A stretch of 32,014 bases of DNA from positions 1 to 32,014 of the forward strand of contig NIVC01004900.1 of the NCBI GenBank assembly GCA_002269645.1, in the 5' to 3' direction. The position numbers were made by a program, and so were the translations under genes. Below are positions 12,101 through 26,762 of this stretch, in pieces (position 1 is the stretch's first letter; each line of letters starts with the position of its first letter). Below the pieces are notes generated by a model. That model ran no database searches. It had not been told where the DNA came from and saw nothing but the letters and a program-made list of their open reading frames with translations. The stretch is from Macrostomum lignano (Eukaryota).

Positions 12101-13921
12101 AAGTAAGTAAGTCGCTAAAATCGATATCAAGCGTGAGGAATCTCTCACTTGAATCTAGCTGGCACGTCGCTGCACTGCTGCCTGCAGGTCTCGGGACTGA
12201 CTGCAGTGGGGGTGCCCGAGCCGCCGATGGCGCCGGGGTTGGCGCGAAATGCGCGCCGAGAATTGGTCAAGCTGACCGACTTACAGCCGAGACTTTCGAC
12301 GCTTTCTAGAATTAATTGGTACGTTGATAAAGCAGAAATCAGTCAGTTTGTTGGGGTGTTTAGGGTCCTGCTACAAATTTCACTTACCAGCAGCCTCGGA
12401 GGCTCCGATGGAAACAATAAAAACTATCCAGAGAACAGAAAGCTTAGCCAGAATCGGCAGCATGCTGTTGTGCCTCATCTGGAATTGAGTCTCAGAAGAC
12501 ACTGACGCCAGTTAATGTGTTTGCTTTTTTCGCAATATTTCCTTATTCACTCCTATCTTCCTCCTAACCAGTTACTATCTGACTTCCCGGCTTGCGATGC
12601 TAATCTTTTATTTATTAAAAACCAGGCGAGACTTGGCAGCAGACGCCCCAGCATTCATCATCCTTCCTAGCCACACACGCAACCTCATCTCCGGCCACGG
12701 TTACAGCTAATCGGAGCGATCTGTTTATCGCTGGGTCACCCTGGAAACCGGATGGCAACAAGAAATTGTGGGAGCTGGGGCTGTGCTAGGTTGGGCGAAA
12801 GGCTTCTCATAGCAGGGGTTGGGAAGAGTGAGAGGAACAAGCAACAGGTGTTTCAGGAACAATGCCAGCGGGAGTAGGGGGGGGGCAATGAAGGCGGTGA
12901 GCAGTCAAGCGAATCGCTTGCTCAACACCACCCATCCCAAACTTTCCTGCTGCATCGCAAGCATGTTTCTTTCACGAACGTCTGGCCTCCGATCCGCAAA
13001 AGCAGCAGCAAGCAGCTGCATCAAGCTTTACTATACTTGCTGCGACAGAAAGGCCACGAAGCCACCTGCAGCTCCCAGTAAGAGGTTTGACTTGTTTGGG
13101 CACACTGCAAGCTGCTGGAGGGGCTTAGGATGCTCCAGCCCTCATCTAAGCACTCAGCTAGGGGCAAAGACAAAAGCTGCGGCTTTTTTGTACCGAATCT
13201 AAGAGCTAAATTGGGAAGCAGATCCTCACAAAGCACCAATTATCGACAACGAAAATAAGTGGCTTACTGCTTGAAGAAAAGTTTCAAGTAGCATATAAAA
13301 AAGTCTCAAAGCTGGAATTCGTAAACATGAAAACGTAGAGAATTCTGAACAGAAATATAAAAATATACCGTATGAATAAAGGTAGCAATTGACCAAACTC
13401 GAGAAAAGTCTCACTTTGTGAGTGCTTGCTCCTAAGCAAATGCTCAACGTTAGTGTCTCAAAAGTTAGTGCTCGCATCTTGAGCAAATGTGGTCTGTCCG
13501 TGACTGAGTAGAGGAATGCATAAGCATGAATAAAACTCTGGTCATAGATGAAACTTTTTTTAGCATTTGCTCGCATTTTCTTGAGTCTTGTCGGCGGAAT
13601 TCTCAAGCCATATTCAGCATCATAATTTCCTACTGCACTGTTAGCTAGGTTGAGTTTGAAGTTAAGATGATCTGCTATAGTTAGCCTAGGCGTTTTGAAA
13701 CGGGGTGAAACGCACGGCAGCCCCCCGCTGCAATTATCTACATGTATAGCCGACTTCAATAAATATAAAACTCGTATGCATATACGCGTATCTAGTCAAT
13801 GTTTTTACAGCTTGTATATTTATAAAGCTCAGTACCGCTTAACAATGTAGATTGTATAGTATTCAACTCAGTTGTATACTATACAAGTGCATTGTACTTA
13901 TACTTTCACTCAGCGCGCAGT

Positions 13922-13989
13922 CATTATTCCACACTTTTGCGGCCATTATTCCACACTTTTGTCGCTGTCATTATTCCACACTTTTTATC
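13922..13989. repeat. Short tandem repeat, 3 copies of CATTATTCCACACTTTT plus short variable linkers
   Basis: Read directly from the sequence. Confidence 0.8.
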
Positions 13990-14057
13990 ATGCTTCAATT
14001 GGCTGTTTTAAGAGTTGTTTTACCCATAGACGACTGAGTTGTGTGGCTTAGATTGAC

Positions 14058-14777
14058 CATAGACAACACTGTGATGAGTGCTGATTTCGCTTGCGTCTTG
14101 CAAGAAATCAGGAAAGCGAGTAGTGGGAGAAAAAGCTATTTGTCTTGTCAAACAACCATGGCTGGTGCATCTCGTCAAACAGCTGCGCTTATTAATTGAA
14201 AAAATCTTCCTGTCGACGACTGAACGAACCGTGCGGCGCTACCTAGGAAGAAAAGTCGACCATGAAGTCTTCAACGCCTTGACGGCTATAAGCGATGCTT
14301 CAAAGCGACCAATAGATTTAGTCGAGCAGCCGACAGTCCCAAAGAATCCCAACTTGGATCCTGCGTTACCAAAGAAGCCCATCAGACGAAGCTTATCAGT
14401 CGCAAGCCAACCAAGACGTGCATCTTTCAAATGGTAAGTTCGGCAACTATACTTAAGCACCTGTATTTCTCTTTTATAGAAAACATTCAAAATAGACCAA
14501 CTCCTTTTGCAGTGCCGAGCATCTTTGGGAACTGCGGCTTTGAGAACTGCATGTTTCACTTTGGGTGAAAAATGTATTCATCGTGGAGATTTTCACATTG
14601 TCAAATTTCGACTACAAACTGATGAACTGCACTAGCTGTGACATTTATAATGAACTCTTTTCGTGTAGCTGGTACTTTAGTTTTAATGATTTTTTCCTTT
14701 TTGATCATTTACTCCTTGCTGTTTTGTATTTATTAACAAAAATACTGAGCGATGATTTTTCAATCCAAATGTCTATG
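14058..14777. mobile_element. Possible DNA-transposon remnant bounded by CATAGACA...TGTCTATG
   Basis: 8-bp inverted ends; contains ORF 14078-14437 with a GTAAGT donor near 14434. No TSD found. Confidence 0.3.
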
Positions 14778-14836
14778 GTACACATCAAAACTGTGAAATA
14801 ATGGCCAAAATATTTTGTTATTGCGTCTGGGTAAAA

Positions 14837-15212
14837 CATGGATGAATGAATAGAATGGATTGCTATTCTGGCTCTGGCTATTTTCGTTTTTGACTCTTTT
14901 GCATCCGGTTCCCCCCGTGCCTTTTCATTGGTTGATGATTGCCATAGACAATTTTCGGCCTTCGCCCCTTTCTTTCGATGCGATGCACAAGCGCAAAGAA
15001 CTGAGAATTTCAACAAAGTTCAATTTCAACACAAGTAACTTCTATTTACTAACAAGAAAGCGCTTGTGCATCGAAAGAAAGGGGCAAATGCCGAAAATTG
15101 TCTATGGCAATCATCAACCAATGAAAAGGCACGGGGGGAACTGGATGCAAAAGAGTCAAAAACGAAAATAGCCAGAGCCAGAATAGCAATCCATTCTATT
15201 CATTCATCCATG
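14837..15212. mobile_element. MITE with ~155-bp terminal inverted repeats and 8-bp TSD (P- or hAT-type)
   Basis: Arms 14837-14994 and 15060-15212 are near-perfect reverse complements starting CATGGATGAATGAATAG. Direct repeat GGGTAAAA flanks both sides (14829-14836 and 15213-15220). Confidence 0.92.
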
Positions 15213-15384
15213 GGGTAAAAGTATAATTACAGTGCTTAGTATCAGTTACTATTTTTTCGATTCACAAAATAAGGAGTTTTGGCCTCAGACAATTTCTTAG
15301 ATTTCATTTTTTCTTTCTTTCTCTAGAGTGCCGGTGTGCAAATGTGACTCAGCGCCCCCTTGACCCCGCTTTCTTCTGACTTTG

Positions 15385-15832
15385 CTATAGACATTTTCAG
15401 CGGGCCGTGAAACCGACTGAATATATTGGAGTAAATGGGATTTTACCATAGACAGTCTCAGCGGGCCGTGAAACCGACTGAATACATTGGAGTAAATGAG
15501 ATTTTACCATAGACAGTCTCAGCGGGCCGTGAAACCTACTGAATACATTGGAGTAAATAGGATTTTACCATAGACAGTCTCAGCGGGCCGTGAAACCGAC
15601 TGAATGCATTGGAGTAAATGGGATTTTACCATAGACAGTCTCAGCGGGCCGTGAAACCGACTGAATACATTGGAGTAAATGGGATTTTACCATAGACAGT
15701 CTCAGCGGGCCGTGAAACCGACTGAATGCATTGGAGTAAATGGGATTTTACCATAGACAGTCTCAGCGGGCCGTGAAACCGACTGAATACATTGGAGTAA
15801 ATGGGATTTTACCATAGACAGTCTCAGCGGGC
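15385..15832. repeat. 61-bp tandem array, about 7.3 copies
   Basis: Unit CATAGACAGTCTCAGCGGGCCGTGAAACCGACTGAATRCATTGGAGTAAATGGGATTTTAC, starting at 15447, 15508, 15569, 15630, 15691, 15752 and 15813, with a diverged first copy near 15385. Confidence 0.97.
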
Positions 15833-15855
15833 TTTCACACCCACTATCTAAAACA

Positions 15856-15960
15856 CTAATATGGATGGGCTGCATTGGGCAGAAACGAGATAACTCCAGA
15901 TAACGAGCTACGCGCCTCGGCGTTAGCTCGTTTCTGCCCTCTGCAGCCCATCAATATTGG
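15856..15960. repeat. ~105-bp palindromic element (small MITE or hairpin)
   Basis: GATGGGCTGCA..GGGCAGAAACGAG.TAAC is inverted at the other end as GTTAGCTCGTTTCTGCCCTCTGCAGCCCATC. Confidence 0.75.
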
Positions 15961-16830
15961 TATATTTTGCTTTTCTCACGCAATCGTGGAGTTTCTAGTA
16001 CAGAGATTTCTTGACGACCACAGAGAAACACGTAGACTTGGAGTCCTGACTTTACTCAGCCGGCAAGGGTGGCGCATTGGGAATGAAAATCTCGTCCTTT
16101 TTCAACTTGAATCAAACAGAATGCTAGTGCATTTATTTCAAGCTTAAAAGTTAAAATCTGTACCTCATTATTTAAATTTTAAGAGCTTGGTAAGTTAGCT
16201 ACTTCTCTCTTGAGCTCTACATCTAGATCTCCTTAGACCCGAGGTCGCTGTAAACTGCGTCACCGACCCCAGCCCGTCCACTAGTTTTCTTATTTCCTGT
16301 GGCTGAGCAGGTCTGGCAGGATGACTTTGGCGTCGCCTGCCATGCAATAAACCTGAACAGCCTACAGTGGCTCTCATTCTTGGGCTCTCTCTCTCTCTCA
16401 CCCTCTCTCCCTGTCTCGCTCGCTCTAGCGAGAAGCAGCAAAGACCAGGGATAGGGGTAGAAAAGGCAAATCAATAACGACAAGACTAACGAAGACTGGG
16501 CTCACACGCCCCGGCTTGCATATTCTCTTGTCAAGTGCGTGCTATGAGGAGTTGACAGTAAATTTTGTTTGTTTCCAGAGCCTTACTCTTTGTTTCTATG
16601 GTTACGAGGGCTCTTAGAGTCAAAGACTATCTCTTAGAATGGGGTGGGAGAGGAGGTCTATAGGGGGTCGGAGTTGTGACTTACTGCTTCTATCTTTTCA
16701 GTTTCTCATCTCAATGGCAATGACGAGCTTATACTGGGAACAGAAGCGCTAAAAATTAAGTAGCTTACAGAAACTGCTTCAGGTAACTTTTTATTTATGC
16801 GTCAACTATCTTCTTTTAATAACTGCTTTC

Positions 16831-17348
16831 TGAGGGATGCTTGCTGTCTGGGGGATGCTTGCTATTTGGGGGATGTGTTGCTATCTGGGGGATGCTTGCT
16901 ATCTGGGGGATGCTTGCTGTCTGGGGGATGCTTGCTGTGTGGGGGATGCTTGCTGTCTGGGGGATGTTTGCTGTCTGGGGGATGCTTGCTATCTGCCTGG
17001 GGGATGCTTGCTATCTGGTGGATGCTTGCTATCTGGGGGATGCTTGCTATCTGGTGGATGCTTGCTATCTGGTGGATGCTTGCTGTCTGGGGGATGCTTG
17101 CTATCTGGGGGATGCTTGCTATCTGGTGGATGCTTGCTATCTGGGGGATGCTTGCTATCTGGTGGATGCTTGCTGTCTGGTGGATGCTTGCTGTCTGGTG
17201 GATGCTTGCTGTCTGGGGGATGCTTGCTATCTGGGGGATGCTTGCTCTCTGGGGGATGCTTGCTGTCTGGGGGATGCTTGCTGTCTGGGGGATGCTTGCT
17301 ATCTGGGGGATGCTTGCGGTCTTGGGGATGCTTGCTATTTAGGGGAAT
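16831..17348. repeat. 18-bp G-rich minisatellite, about 28 copies
   Basis: Unit ATGCTTGCT(A/G)TCTGG(G/T)GG; it produces spurious LGDACY/GGCLLS/WGMLAI ORFs in all three plus frames. Confidence 0.97.
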
Positions 17349-17604
17349 GCCTGTTATCTTTCTGAAGGCTTTATTTTGTTGTCATTTTGTTACTTTAAGA
17401 AAAAAAGAGATTCATAGCGAACGTCTTTGTCCGTGACAATTAATTTTACTAGAATAAAGTGATTTATAAAACTGAAGAAGGAATTGGTTCTTATGAAAAT
17501 GTGCTTTTGTAATCTACTTGTATGAATAATCTTTGCTCCTTGCTTATTGGGGAGCGCACTAGATTGCTAGTTGTATCGAAATCTAGCTGGTTAACTGAAT
17601 TGTT

Positions 17605-17750
17605 TTCGAGTCCTTGCCGGTAGGGTGCCTGATGGCTGTTGGGTAGGCAGTGCGACTGGGCGCGGATGATGTGGCCCGCCAGCTGAAGTCGTCGACGGTG
17701 TAACCGGATGTTTAGAGTGATCAGGCTGGCGCGGCGATACGGCGATGAAA
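17605..17750 (-). mobile_element. 3' fragment of a non-LTR retrotransposon (RTE-like LINE ORF2 C-terminus)
   Basis: Minus frame reads YRRASLITLNIRLHRRRLQLAGHIIRAQSHC...QAPYRQG; RRRLxLAGHxxR is the typical post-RT motif. Confidence 0.7.
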
Positions 17751-18069
17751 TTTAATCTTCGAAGTTTGCAGGGACTTGTATGTGCAGATCAGTTTTAGCT
17801 AGCTGTAATTCTAGCTAAATAAGAAGCTTTGCATAGCAAATTTTTCTTGTGAGCTGGAAGCATGATATAGATGAAAATTGACATAACAATGTAATCAATA
17901 CTACCTCTGTGTGCTTTCTGCATGGAAATGTTGACGTTTTGGATTGTGAAAACGCGATGGACGAAAATTCCCTTGCCCGTCTTTTTGCTCCGGGCTTGTG
18001 TGATTTTCTGCGCCATAGAATGAATCGTATTATATTACTTAAAGTAGACGCGCTATTGCCCGGTCTTTA

Positions 18070-18270
18070 AGCTTTTGATCACGCTGACGAGCTGACGAGT
18101 TCGCTGGAACTGCATCCAGGCCATATCATCCGCGTTAAGAATTGTACTGCCTACAGCCGCGATGAGGGAGGTGCTGCTGCTGACGTTACAGGTGCTCTAC
18201 CGGCTACCGCTAAGCACTGCACAATGCGTTTACTGCCGACTGGCTGACGCCGGCTGCCAAATGCGGTAGG
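18070..18270 (+). mobile_element. Second degraded 3' fragment of the same LINE family
   Basis: With frameshifts it reads GHIIRV..(L)YCLQP..EVLLLTLQVLYR, overlapping the GHIIR motif of the 17605-17750 fragment. Confidence 0.55.
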
Positions 18271-18488
18271 TGGCGTAGCCTTCTATTCGCACTCAAGCTT
18301 TATGCTCACCATGTGATGAAGTTGCTCTTTATTCATGATCTGTTGAAAGCGTAAACTTTGTTTTGCTCTGCGGTAGAAAATAACAAACACGTAGTTTCAG
18401 TTACATAAATTTGATAGAGGAAATAGCTTTATAGAAACTTTAACCCAGGCCAAGTATTAATTTTTTGTTGTGTTAATTTTAAACTTAA

Positions 18489-19198
18489 CAGTAGAACTAC
18501 CAAGAGGGGGGGGAAAATTTCCCCCCCCCTGACAATTTTTTTTGCTGCGCCGGAACGGAGCAACGCAGGCACACGAAATTCAAGAACACGGGCTAACTTT
18601 TTGTTGCGCACCTTCTCAAACAAGAATCAAGTCGCCAGCCCTTCGGACCGTCGAGATATTCGACGATTCTGCCAGAAGGTCGGATTTTTCCCATAAGCGC
18701 TAGTGTATTCAGTACACCCCTGTGCGCCAAATAGCACTGCGCCTCAGTGCAGCCTTGCCAAGTCTCCAAATTTCATCAGCACGTCGACCAAATGTGTCTG
18801 CATCAGCTCTGACTTCGTTGGTTACTGGCCTTCACCGAGACGGAGCTTCTAGACCTTCAACAGGTGGCACCAGGTGACTATGAACACCTTGATGCGAATT
18901 TCTCTAGTTTCGCCGATCAAGCCTCGACAGTGGGCAAGCCTCAACCCCTGGACATCCTCAGCTAGTCTCTCACTGGACATCCTCAGGTGTCGGGATGATG
19001 AAGGAATGCTCAGGAGACTAGCTGAGGGTGTCTGGCAGTTGAGGCTTGCCTACTGTCGAGGCTTGATCGGCGAAACTAGAGAATTTCGTGTGCCTGCGTT
19101 GCTCCGTTCCGGCGCAGCAAAAAAAGTTGTCAGGGGGGGAAATTTTTCCCCCCTCTTGGTAGTTCGACGGGCGGAAAAATGGCTTGGTATTCCTACTG
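18489..19198. mobile_element. Non-autonomous DNA transposon flanked by TTAA
   Basis: TTAA|CAGTAG ... CTACTG|TTAA ends, with ~90-bp subterminal inverted repeats at 18494-18581 and 19081-19165. The left end lacks a segment present at the right end. Confidence 0.75.
18900..19083. repeat. Internal hairpin with ~70-bp arms
   Basis: 18900-18969 is the near reverse complement of 19014-19083 (TTCTCTAGTTTCGCCGATCAAGCCTCGACAGT...). Confidence 0.85.
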
Positions 19199-19354
19199 TT
19201 AATGACTCGTTCCTAATGCTTACAATATAAAGTGGTATTCAAGGACTACTTAAGTAGAAGGATGGGAAACTACATTTCTTGGAAAAGTTTAGTAGTCATA
19301 TGGTTTTATAATGGATCACACATGCGTTTTAAACTTTGAAAAGTTATCGGCCCC

Positions 19355-19846
19355 GGGCCGATTTCACGAAACAGCTAGCAGTTAGCAGTTAGCAGCAGCT
19401 AGTTTAGCCGTGCTATTTAGACGCATCTGAAAAAGTGGTTTCACAACACCATGCTAAAAAGCAACGGCTAGTAAGCCGTGGCTAACGTGGCTAAAAGCAT
19501 GCTAGCGTGGGTCTCTGCCATAGACATGAGGCGTCACTAAGACGATTATTGATTTGTGCCTGCGAGCGACTCGAAAAAAGTCACGGCAGGAAGTTATGAA
19601 GATAGAGGAAATTCATTGACTAACCAGGGTTGAGGCTGGCTGAAAAGCAGCTGCTAGTTTAGCCTTGCTAGTCGACGTCTGCTAGCTTCGTGAAATCAAC
19701 TCTCCCACCCTCGGCACCCGATCTGACCTGCTAGCCATAGACAGCTAGACGCTGCTACTTAGCAGTCACTTTGAGAAACCCAGCCACTGCTTTTAGCAGT
19801 TAGCAGTGGCTAAATAGCTGTTAGCAGTGTTTCGTGAAATCGGTTC
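19355..19846. mobile_element. MITE-like element, Harbinger-like termini
   Basis: GGGCCGATTTCACGAAACA ... TGTTTCGTGAAATCGGTTC, with subterminal TTAGCAG/GCTA repeats. No TSD seen; the superfamily call is inference. Confidence 0.6.
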
Positions 19847-20000
19847 CAGAATTAGCTGGGGTAATTGAGGGTGTGTGGGCGACCTCCCTCCCCAGTCCTT
19901 ACGTCGTAGACTGATCAGCTGTATGCAGCCTTCAGATAAGGCGCGCAATAGCTGCGGCTAAGCTGTCGGTTGCACATCTGGCCCAACACAAGTGTAAAGT

Positions 20001-20057
20001 ACTATTATTACTATTATTACTATTATTGTTATCGTTACTATTATAATATTATTATTT
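20001..20057. repeat. Degenerate (TAT/TAC)n microsatellite at the 3' break of the second polycystin copy
   Basis: Read directly; gives poly-Y and poly-I spurious ORFs. Confidence 0.85.
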
Positions 20058-20059
20058 TT

Positions 20060-24020
<3,961 letters not shown>

Positions 24021-24676
24021 CTTGAGAGAGTAAGTAAGAGTTCAGTGCTTTTTATATGGCCAACTTGTTGACAAAGTGAGTCAGCGCTTGTAAAAGAATT
24101 TTCAAGGCAAGTGACAATGACATCTATCTCGTAAGATTGCTATGGAAACCGAAATATCAAACTGCAGCAGTCACAGTCACAAACTATACTTTTTGTTTGA
24201 TGATTGTCAATATATATTTTGTTAAAGTTTCTCAGTTTTAGTTTTTAATTTTCATGCTCCACAGTTGCTCTATCTAAAAAATGGGAGCTGAAAGTAAAAA
24301 CATCTACCCAGACTCCTAAAACAATTCTAAAAAGCAACAATGCTACTTATTTTTTGCTTCTACCATGCTGTGAAAACGAGTGAGTTGCACGTATAGCTGA
24401 CTTTTTGCAAAAGTGATTGACAGCTCCCAGCTCAAAAAACGTTTTTTACAACACCAGATTATACACTTTTTCCAAAGCTGAAACAATGTGGAGTTATCTA
24501 TCTAATGCTAAACTGCTTTGAGATGCAATCAACTTTCAGACAACGTTTATTCCAGAATTTGTGTTAATTCTTCAAACAGAATAGAAGTATTTTCCCATTA
24601 ATCTTTAGTGTCTTTGCAATTGTTCTTTGCACTCAATATGTTTGTACACTTCAGTGCAGTCTTTTTTCTAAACAAA

Positions 24677-26762
24677 TCAGCGAAAGGTAAGCGGACGAAC
24701 TTCGTCAATTTTCAGTTGCAGTATCCAGGTTGTCGGAGCGAACTTGCTGCTGCTGGCCAGGTCGATGTTAGCCGCCAGTCGCCAGCCCTTAGAGATCAGA
24801 GCGTCGAGTAGCGCTGCCACAAGTCCCAGGCCTTCGATGGTGACGTCCGGGTTGTCCGCGTGCCACTGCCAGGGCTGGTCAGTGAAGTTGAACCCGATCA
24901 CCCAGCCGCTGTTAGACTCGCTGAGCTCGCACTGCTGACTGCGAAACCAGGAGTCGCGAATTTCGTTAGTCAGCTTGTCTTTGAGCTCCTCGGTGGCGCC
25001 CATCACTAGCAGGTGGCTCGACTCGTGGATGGCCACGCTCAGGTGCGGCTGCACCAGGGTGTTGGAGCAGCGACGCAGTACCATCAGGCTCTTGTCGTAT
25101 GCGCTGCGATAGATATCGGCCTGTAATAATGAGCATTCGCTGTAGGTTTCTAGCACTAAATTCGATTTATATGAAGGCGACGAACGATCTAAACGAAGAC
25201 TATGACTTTATTTGCTAGGATTTCTTAATGACCAATTGCGTTTGCCGAAAGCTTGCTACAAGTGTTTCATTTAATCCAAACAAACATGCCTTAGCTACTT
25301 ACATTGAGCACAATAGTCCAGCCCATGCTGCAGATTTCCTTGAGCAGCTCCATTACCAGTTCACAGGCTCTCACAGATGTGTCCTGATTCCAGGACTGGA
25401 TGAACCAGGGCGATGATTTCAACTGAATTCGGCTCATTCGATCAGGGACAGCCTCCGAAGACTCGGAGCGCAGACAGCCTGGGGCCCAGTGCTGACGGCA
25501 GATGCTGACGGTCTTGGTGACAACCTCGTCTGGAGCGTCGTACAGACGGATTTGATCGCGCTGATTCAAGCTGACAATCATGAGCTCACCGTCGGCGCTG
25601 CAGCTACATGAAGTTATGCCAGAGGGTTATATGATTTTATCTAGAGATTTAACAGATTCGGGGTTCAACTACCTTCATTTTTCTAAAGTTTTTGCTTAGT
25701 TTTCAAACCTAAGATAGTCAAGGTTCCGATAATTACGAGTATTCAGTACAAGCAACTCTGCTTCTATTGCCTCAGGCGCCCGACGGAAAAGCCAGCCGAC
25801 ACTGAGCTCTGGATTTCCCTGTTTTTGCTCTTGTGCCGTTCTTAATCAACTTTGTTGCTGATGTGAAACACTTTATTAATTTTTCTTTACTGACGGTTGT
25901 GAGACTAATGTCTGGTCGAACCTTTCATTTCATTAAAAAAATCACAAACCCCTGCGTCGTCTTGAGGAACGTCAGGCAGTCCATGTTACCCCGAGCGTGT
26001 GTCGCGGCCAGGAACTCGTAGCCGTAGTTGGCCAGAATTTGCACCAGGACGAGCACAATCAACGGGCCCCGTTCGCCGTTCTCTTTATAGCTGTCCCAGG
26101 GCTGGCCGTGAAGCTCAGCCGCGAAGCTCCTAGGCTGGTCGATGGCAACAGCACTGCCCTTCGGCCAGATGTCCTTTAGTTGAGCTGCAATCTCGGAGTT
26201 CACACCCTCAGGCGCGTTCACCACAAGAAGGCGGCCCCAGTCTTCAAAAGCGACGGTAAGTAGGTTGCCACCGGCTCCACCTTGAATTGCCGTCTCTATG
26301 CGGCGCTCTCGATCGTCATCGACAGCATTGAACACCCAGGAGCTGCGACAGGTGCCTTGTAGAAAAATTCCACTGGCAACCAGACTGCAACCAGCTTTCA
26401 GAAGCGCTGTGAGCAGCTGGTTTACAAGCCTGTAGACGCTCATCAGACGGTCTATGGGTTGGACCTGGCAATTTACATAAACAGATCTTAGATATACTGT
26501 TTTCCTTAACGTTACTGATGAAAATTATTGTTCTCACCTCCGAGTCAAATGGCTCTTTGTCCAGTCGCAGCTCGAAGCCCAACGAGAACTTCTTTTCAGA
26601 CCGAACTCCCGGCGCCCAGCAGTAATGCACGGTGTCGCGCACCAGCTTACCAATATCCGTCGGGGCGTGAATCACCTGTAAAATGTCCGGCTGGCGAAAT
26701 CCCACCACGAAACTGCTGGTTGGAAAAGCTCGGCCTTTGATGCGAGAATACTCGTTTCCCAT
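24677..26762 (-). CDS. Uncharacterised 494-aa protein with four tandem ~105-aa repeats; exons 26538-26762, 25950-26464, 25303-25603, 24677-25120
   Basis: All three introns are GT-AG and phase-consistent (225+515+301+444 = 1485 nt), with no frameshift. Starts MGNEYS. Each repeat has hxVxh..hxhxxA(P/T)..W...P(W/F)...L...G(W/Y/C). Confidence 0.88.

Noticed and set aside
12150-13200. GC-rich block, similar in character to 16200-16700, as a solo LTR or DIRS piece
   Set aside because: Only a 9-bp shared motif (CCGGCTTGC); no TG..CA ends with TSD, PBS or coding remnant identified.
13226-13759. 177-aa minus-strand ORF as a standalone gene
   Set aside because: No recognisable domain, AT-rich low-complexity composition, no supported splice partners.
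15385-15832. CRISPR-like array
   Set aside because: Units are contiguous and near-identical with no unique spacers; no cas genes; eukaryotic context.
16797-17436. Three Cys/Trp/Gly-rich repeat ORFs
   Set aside because: Artefacts of a stop-free 18-bp minisatellite.
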